A stretch of DNA of 64,000 nt, from contig CM102288.1 of assembly GCA_046563655.1 (NCBI GenBank), forward strand, positions 5,084,001-5,148,000. The letters run 5' to 3'. Positions 37,501 to 49,558 of the stretch are shown one piece after another; the first letter of the stretch is position 1; each line of letters begins with the position of its first letter. The translations under genes and the position numbers were made by a program. Source of the stretch: Yuukianura sp. NJ FZ-2021. Its lineage: Eukaryota. Under the pieces are notes generated by a model. That model was not told the origin of the DNA and searched no databases. It was given only the letters and a program-made list of their open reading frames with translations.

Positions 37501-40500
37501 GACAAAAAAAAAAGTGAGAATTAGGAGACTCGGCTAAACTAATATTCGGAAGTTTTGGTTGAAGCGTCTTACGGAAGTCTTGGCAGAGGGCGAAGGGCTC
37601 TTTGCTCCCGAGTGTCTATGTGGACTTGGTGCGTTGGGTTTGGATGAAAAGTAGTCATTGATTTTCTTGTTGCTCTTGGCCGAAGAGGCGATGGAGAGCG
37701 TATTTGTTCCAGCCGAACTGCCCGAGTCATCGGCTTTCCTCTTCCGCTTCCGCTCCACAGGTACTTTGCTCACTGTCACTTTTTCAGGAGTATCCACCTC
37801 CTTATCACTGTGCGAAGAACCTATTACAAACAAAACAATTAACAAAACGTCAACTATTGATTACAATTTTTAGGCTATGCGTGCAGTCGGGGACCAATCG
37901 AGGATTATATTTCCTTTAAAAAAAACTTCTGTTGCACAACATGTGAAGGACTACAGCCCAATCGAAATTACGTATAATATCGAACTGATTACGAGATCCG
38001 TAAAGATCTAAAAACTAATTGACGAATTTACTATGGCTGGGCATGTCGTGGCTTGACTTATGGACTGGACAATGCAACCAATGATAGATTTAAAAAATTA
38101 AAAATTAAAAAGAAAGAGGAGGCTTGACCAACAAATCTCATTAATTACAGATTCGGATTCATCGCCGGTAAATCTAACTTGTCATAAGATGGTCGCCATT
38201 TCCGTTTTCAATGGGACCCAGTGTTGCTGGATGAATAAAATATTGCTTGTGTTGGATATATCCGGATATATTGGTTTCTTCCGGATGAAACTCAATTTCG
38301 TCCATCGGAAACTGGATTTTATCCGGATTTATCCCTTTATCCAGTAGATATCACCTGGACGAAATGCTAAAAAAGTAGATATCCAGCAACATTGAATTGC
38401 CTCTTCACAACGTTGTTTAAATTAAAACTTTTTCTTAGAAGGTTATGTCATAACTCCTTTATTTTTTTTTTCAAATTTTTGAAACGCACATCTGACGCGG
38501 TTCCGTCGCGTTAGCCATTCGAAATCAAAACTATGAATCATCAAGGTGAAAATTAAAATTTTTTAAAAGATTTGTTGTGAAAATCAACAAAATTCGTCCA
38601 AAAGTTTTTTTTTTTTGCTTTTTTTTAAATCGGAGTTATGGCATAACCTCTTACGGCATTTGTATAAATAGTTGCTATCGCAACCGTGTCTCTTCATGAC
38701 TACATTTAGAATAAGTAAATCGTACCTGCACTCATATTGGAGTCTTGACTGGTGGGAGGGGGTCCGGGGCCAAGTCCCGTGGACACAGTACAGTTTGTGA
38801 GGTTAGTGGAGGTGGGAGGTAGGGGGTTGCTGTTGCTGAGGTTGAGCCCACCGCAGGGCGGCAGAGGTGGCGGGTGGAGCTGACTGGACTGCTGGTGCAT
38901 CACATTGAATGGACCCACCGTGGGAACTGTAGAGTTGAGCATGAGCACACTGCCACAGTTGTTGCCGTTGTTGTTAAGGTGGATAGCACTGGCACTGTTT
39001 GGGGGACTGTTGGAGATGTTGAGAACGTGCGGTTGAGAGGAACTGATACCCTGATGAGACCCACCATGGTGGGCATTCGGATGTCCGGCGGAAGTGTTCG
39101 GTGGCCCAGTAGCGTGGTGTTGCATTGGGCCAGTGATGGGGAGGTGCGGAATGGACGAAGAATTCATGTTCCCACTCCCCATCCCGTGATTCAGTTGGTG
39201 GATTTGCTGTGTTTGCGTCTGCGCCATTTGGACATGGGATCCTCCAGATGACATCTGCCAAAAACATTAACAAAAATTAGTATTTTGGTAATTAACATAT
39301 TCTCATAGTGTATTTTTCAAGTTAATCCAGCATTAATTCATAACAAACTATTAAATGAAGATTTCGTATTTTCATTTTTTACGATTACAACTGTGGATCA
39401 AGTGACCTGCCTTAGTATGACATGACATAGCATAACCAAACCTTATCTACTGTGTGACATTGACCTCTTTGGACGAAATGAACCTATCTCAACGCGTTTT
39501 GGCACCTCAGGAAGAGAATTGAAGAGGTCAGTGGGAATACTGTGGAGAGTTTTGTAAAAATGGATCCGTGGCATTGCCTGGCAACTGTTCATCAACCAAC
39601 TGCTCTTTGTGGATAATGTAAAGGTGAAACTGAAGTTTAGAAGTTTTAGTCGTCATATCAAAGAGTCCCATGCCAATCCAAGGAAACAAGGGAAGGGCTC
39701 CGGAATGAACAATTCACCACCTCATCTCATCCATCCTCCAAATACTACTCTGCTTCTGCTTCACTTTCAACCGCATTTGGACCATTGAGCAACATCATCC
39801 CAGTCAACCTCATTTAGAATGTGGACTCTACGCAGAAATAGTCCCACTTCTCCTGTCCCATCCTCCACAAAAAATCGATTTTACTGCCCAAGGAACAACG
39901 AAGACAAGGAACAACAAGGACCCGAGATGATCCCACCATCACACACGCATACTTAACCCACCACCCCAAAAATACCAAATCAATGACCATTGCCCACGGG
40001 TCAACGGGTGCATAAAAATAGTCACCACAAAACTTATTCGTACAAAAACTGCGCATAGCCCCCTATCCTACCCCACCATAATGAAATGAGTGGATAAGGA
40101 ATTGGATTTGTACGAGAGGATTCCTGTTGTGGCAAAAGAGGTTCCAGCAAACCATGAACCTCTCCTGTGTTGGTTTGGAGAGCAGCGTGTGAAGCTTCGG
40201 AACTTGGTTCAATTGTGCCCCTTGACTCTGCTATGACTCCATCTCCGATTCATACTTGGCTCCTTCACTTGTCTCTCTCCTACTAACTCCATATTGATTT
40301 TCCTCTTCCTAAAGAGTTGAATGTTGTTTGGTGCATACACTTCAAGTGAACACAACCACTCCTCCTCTGGTAATATCTTCACAACTAAAACACAATGAAT
40401 TAGACTGATGTAGTGACGTACTCTGAATTCGGATGGATTCACAGGAATCGGGTAGTGAGGTGACCTCATAGCGAACATGACGGGAGCAGGGGCCCTTCCT

Positions 40501-43111
40501 TCATGGAGCCGCATTCGTCCAAGGGTCAACACTGCCCTAACGTTCAAACTTTCACCTAATCAACTATATTGAGCACTTTGTTAGTAGTAGTAGGAACAAC
40601 CCACACAACTCGGATGAGACCGTCGTCGCCTGATGTTCGTGAGGACTTACGTAGTGCAACCCCAATCCACAACTGACAAAGTTTTGCTCCTTGAGGAATC
40701 TACACTTCACTCAACTACACTTCCAGATTGTTCCCGTTCCAGGCCGAAGCAGCAGGGACGGCAAAGGAGGTTCCCCCATGCCTAAAGTAGACAGGAGATG
40801 AGATAGAGGTGCGCAACGGTGTTAAAGGCCTCACAGCTGACTCTGGGTGACGTTACTGCGCAAACTCAGGAACAAAGAATGCGAGTGACTGGATTCAAAG
40901 TGACCTGGCTTGATGGTGGAACCGTTGACCTACGTTGAACTTACTACTTCAACAGAATAACCTTCTACGTTCGTCTAACTTCAAATTCTGTACTCCACTT
41001 CGGTCCGTTCGATTCTTTCAACTGCGGATGATTATGTGAATGTGACGGTGATTGGGACACTGAAACAAGAAGGAAAAGAGAATTCACTCTCGTTCTACAG
41101 ACATAGACACCACACACTCTCCTCTTGCACTTTATGGGGGGAAAACGACCAAAACACGTCATCGCAGCACTTTTACTCATAGTGTGAATACGGTTCACTT
41201 TAAATCCTCAAGAATTAAACCTAGCCTGAATGTCCCTGAATTCATAACGCGGTATGGGAAAAGGTGTCTAATCCTCAGAATTGTTATGCTTAGAAAACCT
41301 AACCAAGAATTCCGAGGAATCGTCATTCCAACGTATACCGAGTTCTGAATTTACGCTAGTCTAGCCTTTAACGTAATTGTTTAGTTTACTTCCATCGCTT
41401 TAAATTTGCGCATTGTCGGGACCTAATGTCTAAATTAATTGCCTCCAGGATTCCTTGCAAAATGATTTGCAGATAATTATATTAAACAACGAAAACGTTT
41501 GGTAAATTTTGTTTTGTGGATGGAAATTGTATTCTCCCCATACTGTGTCACCCACTCCCTCTCCTCCCAGAAGAGCCGCATCTACGAAACAATCAATTAC
41601 AAAGTGTTCAGTTGAGCTCAGAAGAGTTCAGTTACCGAACCCTGTCTCCATTCAATTCATCCGTCCCAGAGACGAGAGAGTAGAAAATGGCCCCCATCTC
41701 CCTCATCTCTTAAGGAAAAGGAAAGTGGGGCCAACAACAGTTTTTTTCCCAGACTTCATAAGTCCATCTCTGAATACCTTTGGCATTAGCTCCAATGACC
41801 TCGCCCTCCAACCTCCCAAACCATACAAAAACCCACTGCAACAAGGTTCCTCCAGCCCTCCATCTCCCTTCATCCTCCTAACCTTAGTTTAGGCCACCTT
41901 AGCTAACCTAAGGTGTTGAGCGCAGAGAAAGCAGAGAGTGAAAGCGGCCTGTGTCCCGGTTCTTGGAGGGTGGTGCATCTTGTCGCTTCATCTCAATAGG
42001 TTACCGTACTCTTCCGAATAATAGCCGCAGGCACCACTTTGGCCGAAAGTTTTAGTCTTTCTGAGTGAGGAGTACTAATAAGGATACTAATAAGGGTATC
42101 CATTTCCAATGGGGGTACTATTTGGAAATCTACGGTACAGTGTGTTATGTTAGGCCAAACTCAACCAACTCAATATTGGACTCCTCCGTTTCCGCTACCT
42201 TATGAACATCTACACCACCTAATTCCCCGGTCACAGATTCAAAGAAAGGAATAGAAATTCGGGCACTTCGGAATCTTACGGAACAATCCAACAATTGCAG
42301 CGTGAGAAAGGAGATGCTACCACTACTGTGGTAGTGGTTATCAGGGGAAGAGGGACTCGGCGGCTATAACGAAGGGTGCTCACCTAAACCTTGCTTCACA
42401 TTATTTATAGAAAAAAAACTATTAAGTACCTACAAGAAAAAACGTACATGCCTCTACCCGCAACTAAAAAGAACTCATCGTCACCAGCAGCTTACTTAGA
42501 TTCGACAATTAAATGCTACACATCCATTTCATTGTATTAAAAACCGTTTTGGCTTCTACGCCCCACAAATGTCAACCTACCTAATACCTTTGACTAGGGC
42601 TTAGTTTGGACACTTTTGATTACAAAAATCGACATGGAAAATTTTTGACCCCCTAACCCTAGGGCCGTCAAAAAAAAAATTTTTTTTTTGCTCCAAACGT
42701 TCCAAAAACGTTTGAAACATTATAAAAAGTGAAAAAAAAAGACAAAAAAAAATATCTAAAATTTTGACCAAAGTTAGGTTGAGACTGAGAGGGACAGAAG
42801 ACGTCGTACGTACGAGATCTCTTTCTCCGGAAAACATCGAAGGGTGCCGGGAATCTTAATCTCCAATTCATGATTCTAAGTCGTGTTGCGTCCGCAGTCT
42901 CACCAACGCCACAAGACATTCGAATAATCGAATACAATAATGATTAATCGAGATGACCGATTGGATACATAGAAAAGGAGGTTGGTCAACAAAGTGCGAG
43001 GTGTAAACTGAAAATTGATGTATATGACACTGATCTTACTCGACTTCCTAGTAGCCGTGCTTCTAGCAGTTCTTGTTTTCTGGCATTTATAGCGGCGTTG
43101 AAGTTATCCAT
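34595..43111 (-). CDS. Tlk: Serine/threonine kinase tousled-like (multi-exon)
   Basis: First coding exon 43040-43111 ([24 protein letters not shown]); NLS RKRKRK; coiled coils ([17 protein letters not shown]); kinase motifs [41 protein letters not shown]; ends [11 protein letters not shown] probable non-coding first exon ends near 45261. Confidence 0.95.
35186..35251 (-). ncRNA. Intronic C/D-box snoRNA, U21/SNORD21-like (copy 1)
   Basis: Sense to Tlk: C box ATGATGA (35241-35247), D box CTGA (35190-35193) preceded by guide TTTCAAGACGGG, complementary to conserved 28S rRNA CCCGTCTTGAAA. Confidence 0.8.
36404..36468 (-). ncRNA. Intronic C/D-box snoRNA, U21/SNORD21-like (copy 2)
   Basis: C box GTGATGA (36458-36464), D box CTGA (36408-36411), 3' end TTTCAAGACGGGACTGA, matching my recollection of the vertebrate U21 3' end; paralogous to copy 1. 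Confidence 0.8.
38219..38394. mobile_element. Degenerate hAT-like MITE in Tlk intron
   Basis: CAGTGTTGCTGGAT ... ATCCAGCAACATTG inverted termini, internal GGAT/ATCC repeats; TSD not clear. Confidence 0.6.
38430..38690. repeat. Dispersed repeat, inverted copy of ~14365-14625
   Basis: Shares AGGTTATGTCATAACT, TGACGCGG.TCCGT.GCGTTAGC.ATTCGAAATCAAAACTATGA and GTGAAAATCAACAAAATT with the 14.5 kb copy. Confidence 0.8.
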
Positions 43112-43152
43112 TATTCATCCAAAATGGAGAGGAACGATGGCCCTGCAAAAAG

Positions 43153-43468
43153 GGTTAAAGTAAACTTTGACTCTGTCCGTTGTACCCCCCGAATTGCATT
43201 GTATTGTACCCCCTCATTATAATCCGTGACGGGAAATTCAAAAAAGCAACGAATCGTCCCCTCTACTGTTGATTTGTTTAGTTGCGCATAGATTTATGAA
43301 CTGTACCCCCCGTCCTTTGTTAGGTTAGGCTAACCTAACCTAACCTAGCCAACAATAGAGGGGGCGATTTGTTGCTTTTTTGAATTTGCCGCCACGGATT
43401 ATAATGTGGGGGTACAATACAATGCAATTTGGGGGGTACAACGGACAGAGTCAAAGTTTACCTCAACC
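43153..43468. mobile_element. Foldback MITE (316 bp) with 8-bp TSD, GG termini and a central TTAGG/CCTAA cluster
   Basis: Long inverted arms (GGTTAAAGTAAACTTTGACTCTGTCCGTTGTACCCCC.. / ..GGGGGTACAACGGACAGAGTCAAAGTTTACCTCAACC); TSD GCAAAAAG at 43145-43152 and 43469-43476. Terminus and TSD length are compatible with Merlin or MULE. Confidence 0.88.
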
Positions 43469-43754
43469 GCAAAAAGCAAACAAAAATGTCACTTCAAAGC
43501 CTACATTACTTCTATTTGTATTGCTTGCTTAGTTGTAAACTTAGATATGCGCCAATTTTATTAACATAGCTATGAACTTTTAGGCATGACAGCCCCGATA
43601 CACGAATGCTAGACGAGCAGACGGTCCATACGTCCCACTAAGGATTTAAATTGAAACTGAAGTTTAAACCCAAACACTTTCGAATGACAGGCTGGGATTT
43701 CTCTTGGACCAAAGTTAGCAAGGTTCTTCGCTTATTGAGACGTTGGCCAACATA

Positions 43755-44738
43755 CAGGGTGTACCACCAGAAAGGAAACACCAAGAATTCGTTGCTATGA
43801 GCAACTTAGCAACAACTTGTAAACATGGAGGGGAAAGCGTACTCAATAATGAGCTTTTTTTAAAAAAAAAAATTTTTTTTTTCTTAATTTCTGGATATCT
43901 CGTTTAAACAAATTGACCCGAGTTGTAACTGCTTCTTCAAAATGCCTCAGTTTACGGTGACAGAGAGAGCTGCACTAGCGAAAATTTACTACCAACAAGG
44001 AAGTTACCGAAAGGCGAAAGATTTTTACGCAGGGACCTATCCGAACAAAAGCATACCGTCAATTAAAGCGATTTATGGAGCGGTGAAGAAGTTGGAACAA
44101 AATGGTAAAATGGCAAATCGAAAACAAAAGAAACTCAAATCTGCGACAAATGACGTCATGTCGGCTAGTGTTTTAGCATTTGTGACCTCTAATCCGAATT
44201 CAACATTGAGGGAGATCAGCGTAAATTCTGGAATATCAGTAAGCTCAATTCGTAGAATCTTAAAGAAAGAAAAGTTCCTCCCTACAAAATGAAATTTCCC
44301 CACACGTTAAATGATGATGATGCAAAGAAGAGAATTGAATTTTGTGAAGAAACGTTGGACAAGTGTGACCAAAATCCTGGTATGAGCTTCCAAATCTGCT
44401 TTAATGAACATTTTTTCTGTGTGGAGGAATGAATCACCACAACTTCAGGTGTGAATTTCAAATTTTGTGTAACCAAATTTTGTAACAACAAAAAAAACCT
44501 CTGATATTTTGATTTGAAATCAGATACTGGGCCCACGAAAATCCTGACTGGATGAGTGAAATCAAATCACAAAATTCTCCAAAATTAAACGTTTGGGCTG
44601 GTGTGAACGGTGATCACATCGTGGGCCGTTTTTCTTAGTTTTGCTTTTTCAAATATTTGCTACGGTTTCCCCCTCATATTCGATCAAATAAACAAAGAAA
44701 TTAGTTTTCGAGTGTTTCCTTTCTGGTGGTACACCCTG
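43755..44738 (+). mobile_element. Defective Tc1/mariner-superfamily transposon (Tc3/DD37D-like), 984 bp
   Basis: 27-bp TIR CAGGGTGTACCACCAGAAAGGAAACAC with TA TSD. HTH N-terminus at 43942 (MPQFTVTERA..STLREIS..SGIS.SSIRRILK), frameshift at ~44280, NHHNFR|YWAHENP..KLNVWAG; remainder of the catalytic domain deleted. Confidence 0.92.
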
Positions 44739-44859
44739 TATATACGACGACTAGAATTTGTAGAAAATTATAATGATTACCCCGACTAATCATTAGGACA
44801 CCATAATTTAGTCCTAATCCACTAGCAATCAAAAATAGGGGTTATAGTAAAGATAGGTG

Positions 44860-45196
44860 TGTTAGAAAAATTTTCCGAGTGACATGACCTCTAACAACAT
44901 AATAAAAAAGACCTCTTACAAAGGTTGTTTAACTTAATGTATAGAGCATTTTTTGTCCTCCGGTCTATGAGCCAGTGACCACTTCCGGAGGCTACAAGTT
45001 AGGTTTCCTGAAAGTCAACAAACTGGGAGGCAACGTTACGTTTACGTTCCAACTTCACGTTACTCTTCAGTGTGTCGTTACATGGTCATAGGTCAAAGGA
45101 CAAAACAAAATGACCTACTCCTTAAGCCGACCAACTTTTGTAGAGGTCATTTTTTAGGTTTTGAGAGTTCATGTCACCCGGAAAGCTTTTCTAAAC
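44860..45196. mobile_element. Degenerate palindromic MITE
   Basis: TAGAAAAATTTTCCGAGTGACATGACCTCT.. versus ..AGAGTTCATGTCACCCGGAAAGCTTTTCTA inverted arms. Confidence 0.6.
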
Positions 45197-46373
45197 CAGA
45201 ACACAAATATTTAATATAACCGAAAATAGTAATAGTAGTACTCTTAAAATACATTTTTACCGGTGAGACCATGCATTCAGCAGCAGCGACACCACCACCA
45301 CTCTGGCGATGGTATGTTTGTAACCTAATGTTTGTAATCAGTTGTAAGTGTCGAAGGGTACTTAGAATGGATGTAGGTTGTTGATGTCAGTTGTTCCGTT
45401 CACTTGGAATTTTCCAAAACGATTAGACACCCTTCGCCTTCGGAACTGTATCCGGCTATGCCTCCAGGGTCCATCCGTTCCCATTGGCACGGGGTTTAAT
45501 TGATCACTGCTTAATCGACTTAAAAGTTGTCGACGAACAGCGAGCTCCGAAGTTTGACTGATGATGAGCACTGTCGAGTAGCACCCTCACTTTGCCTTTC
45601 TTTGATTCTTATCTGTCTCCGTTTCTTTTTAATTTGGAAAAAAAAGTGACAAAATTAAAAGGGACAACTCGCGAATGAGCAAATGACAAAAATCCAATTG
45701 CAATGGCATTTCCCGGGACTTACGTGCGACCACAAAAGCCGTAGCTCCCTCACGTAAGATGGTGCTTCAACATTCATCACGCCCATTTCAACCGTTAATT
45801 TCAGACAAAAACGCATCAATCAAAGTGAATTCACTTAAATTAATTAAAACGTTTCTTTATTACGACTCTGACGTAAGGAACGATTGTAGATATTTTTACT
45901 CTAAGCTGCCTTTTGAGACAATTACTATAAGTATGATAGGAATGCTCAGCAGGTGAAAATATAGGTACTTAACTGACAGGAAGACTATTCCACTGATTCG
46001 CAGATCCGCCGGTTTGGCTTCTGCGATTCCACGCATCGGCCAACATGAGGAAGAAGTTAGTTAAACCTTCCAAATGGGTAAATTGTCACTTCCAACGGAA
46101 GAAATGGCGATGAATTGGAGAAATAATATAATATTAATATTATGATAATAATATAATAATATGATATAATTTATTAATAATGTAAATATATGTAACAAGT
46201 CATCTAAGTCACACAAGCCAAAAACTTCTCTGAAAAAAATTCAGTTTTAAAAGAACTTGGAAAACTATTAACTTCCAAAACTTGTAATACGAATTAGAGC
46301 CAGTAAGTGACTTTAAACAAACTCATCAAATGATTTAATTGGATAGTATCTAAAGAACTATCCTTTATTCATG

Positions 46374-48544
46374 TTATTCGAATGAACTTCGTTGAACTTC
46401 GTTGATGAACAACACCTTGTCATGGTACTTCATGATAAGATTTGTGTCATGTTCCATCTCCGGAGTGGGGTCGTCGAAGGGCTGAGAACATTAAATAAAC
46501 ATGGAAATTTACTTTTAGTAAAATGTAATGTTCCAAAAGAAATATCATTCACATAAAAACTTTGGTTTGTTTGCTTGTTTTAAAAAAGGCAGAAAAAAAA
46601 GCTATTTACAGCAAAAACCAAACGATAGACTTTAAAAAAGCACTTTTTTACTGAGCACTGGTAACCACCCACCACATGCGTGGTTACCATTCCAACGCTG
46701 TTGGTTGATACAAAGGTGGTTATACTGGGTGGTTACAGCGTTTATAAGTTGCCAATGCCGTGTCTAGTGCTAGCGCCACGGATTGCCTAGTTGGCTAATA
46801 AAAAAAAATTGTTTCTAAACAAATTACCGGGTCATCGTGTGTCAAAAACGTGAGTTGTCGGAGACGTTTGAGCCGTCCAGTGGCGGAAGCGTACAAAGCA
46901 GGGTAAATGTAGTTAAACATGAATTCAATTTGAAGATCCTTCAGTTCTAAAAAAAATAATACATTAAGTTAAAATGCATTGCTAAAACTCGTCTTTAAAT
47001 GAGTTTTTTTTGCTTACTACTGATTTCTCCAATTGGATTTTTGTCAACGCCAAACGTTTTTCCTTTGAAATCTTTGATACGCTGAAGCACATATGCTCGC
47101 CCTCGGATGGAATTTATATCGTTGTCATACGGTTCGCCAGTTAGCACTTCCCATGCCCTTCCCGTTATCTTTAAGCTTTCCAAGTGAGGCAAATTTTTTA
47201 CTAAGGCATAAAACGCATCAAAATCTGGATGGAACGATTGTCCAGTGTCATTATGTTTCCGTAAATTCACACTAAGTTTTTTCAAATTTGGAAACAGGAA
47301 ATGTGCATAGTTTGAAGTTATGTTTGTGACACTGGTCAAACGTAGTTGGTGCACAGTGTAGAATGGGTTGGTGTGTAAATTAGGAAAGTCGTCATAGTGA
47401 CTATCGTCTTGAAAAAACTTGAGTTTCGCCAAAGGTAAAGTTTGAATCCACTTCCAAATTGAAGTTTTGAAATCCAAGTTCAGTTCAGTCGGAAGTGAAA
47501 TAGCAAGAGCAACAATTCTGGGTTGCGGAGTTAATGCTACAAGCTGATTGCAAACATTTTGAAACGCGTCGGTAATAATTCCGAGCCGAAGTTTGACTTT
47601 TGTTGATGTTGAGGGAAGGCAACGTAACAAGTTTGGTAACTTTTGGAGTTCGAGTGTGCGCATAATTTTTTCATGATAGTTACCCGCATTACCTGCACGG
47701 TAACGCAACTGCAACGGAATATCTGGGTAAATGTAGTCCACTCGGCAAAAGTAGGGATAGTAAAGTAGCGAAAGTACTTTCAGATGAGGCGAGTGCTTGA
47801 TTATGTTTTCACATATCGTTGGATCCTCAGAAGAATCTCCATAGGGATCTGTGAATTTGACCTTGAAATTTTTTAAGTTTCGAAACGCTTGAGCACAACT
47901 TGCTTCAGTTGTGGCGGGAAATTTGGTTCCGTAGCAAACCACTAGATACAGAGATGTTAAATTTGAAGCGGTAAAAAGCATAGTTTGAACTGATCGCCCA
48001 TAGTCTCTTCCCCATGAGTGACTTTTTGTTTTCCAATTTGGAAGATCCAAAGTCCATTTCTTACGGATCTTCGGCAGTATCCTGATTTCAGTGACTTGTG
48101 TAGTTTTCATAAAATGTTCAATTGTATTTAGAGCAATGTCTTTATCAACTTCAAACGCAAACTTGGAAAATGGAACTTCTGATCTTGGAGTCGAGCGCAT
48201 AAGCAAGGAGAAGTATTTAATGTCGTTGTTGCTTCGGAAGTGAATTGGCTTGTGACATTTTCGTAGCACAAGAAGCATTGATGGGTCGTCCCTCCAACTG
48301 CGACAAACCAGGCGACAATTCAGAATGTCGTTACTGGAAAGCAACGACGCTATTTGGCCAAAAACCTTTGGAAAAAGTAAAATATTTGACAATAAACTTT
48401 GTCAGTATGAATAACTCATAGAAAAATTTTGACAAAAATGTTTTTTTAAGTCAAAAATAAAAAAATTACTTCAGTTGGTAGAGTATCAAAAATATCATGT
48501 TGCTGATTTGCGTCTCCTGAAGCCCAAATTTCCTCCATCTCCAT
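46374..48544 (-). CDS. F-box protein with degenerate leucine-rich repeats (4 exons)
   Basis: Exon 48470-48544 splices to 48365, giving FDTLPTE|VFGQIASLLSSNDILNCRLVCRSW (F-box). LxxL repeats (FPNLKKLSV, LPHLESLKI); further exons ~46829-46947 and 46374-46481. Confidence 0.8.
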
Positions 48545-49558
48545 TCTAACTTTCGCTTTTTTCTAGAGATGTTAGTGGACTACACACTTAAAAATGAAAA
48601 ATTTGAAAAGTACAGTTTGTAAAAATTTTTTTTTAAATCGAAAAATGAAATAAGCGTCCTTTCAGTGTGGCAGGACACTTTACTTTGAATTCCTCGGGTT
48701 TTAGATATAACCTTTTCCATTCTTTTCCATTTTGTTCTTTTGTACTTTGCTCTAGGGCAAAACAAAAATACAAAACCCCAAACACTATAAATACAATTTT
48801 CCCTAAGTTTTGTATTTGGAATCCACCGAGGAACTTCTCATTATCGTCGTATTTTACAATAACTACGTTTGAATTTTTGTAAACTTGAATTCAGAAATGA
48901 AGCGTGACTTTCAGATGCATGCTAAACAAGAATGAACGTTTTTCTAAAATCTGCATTAAATTTTTTTTTTTGAAAAGCTTGAGCTGATTTGGAGAATTAT
49001 CGATTTTGTAAATTTGAAATTGTTGCAAGTTGCAATTTTCTTTAATTTCAATTCTTCAGTGATTACCAGTATCTGTTCTGTTGAATTCTTTAGATTTAAT
49101 GCTTACAAGTTAAAAATCATTCATTTATTTTAAAAACAAGTTTAAGGTAGAGTTCAAGTGATAGAATCTTTCGTCTATTTGAGAACCAGTTTCGAATGTG
49201 CAAATGTTTCAACATTGAGAAAGCTACGTATGAAAAGTGCAACCTTTTTGGTATCTGATCTCTAAAGCATTCAAGGTTTGTAAACAAGAAAATAGTTTTT
49301 TCTTCAACAGGTTAGGTAATAACTCAAGCGTTTAAAATTTTGTTTAAAAATTAGGAAAAAGTGGTTCGCCGTGCCTTCCTATGGTAATGATTTATATGCA
49401 ATCAAATGGGATTGGGGGAAAAATTGTTTGGAGCGAATTTTTTCGTAAACAGGACTTATTGCCAAACCTCTTAAAGCAAAACAATTTCGTTGCTATAGTA
49501 ACCTTGAAAGCATTGAAGGCATACAGACACCGCTTTACATGCGGCATCTGCTCCAAAA

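Noticed and set aside
41509..41892. 127-aa Pro/Ser-rich ORF antisense to Tlk
   Set aside because: Non-ATG start, low complexity, intronic.
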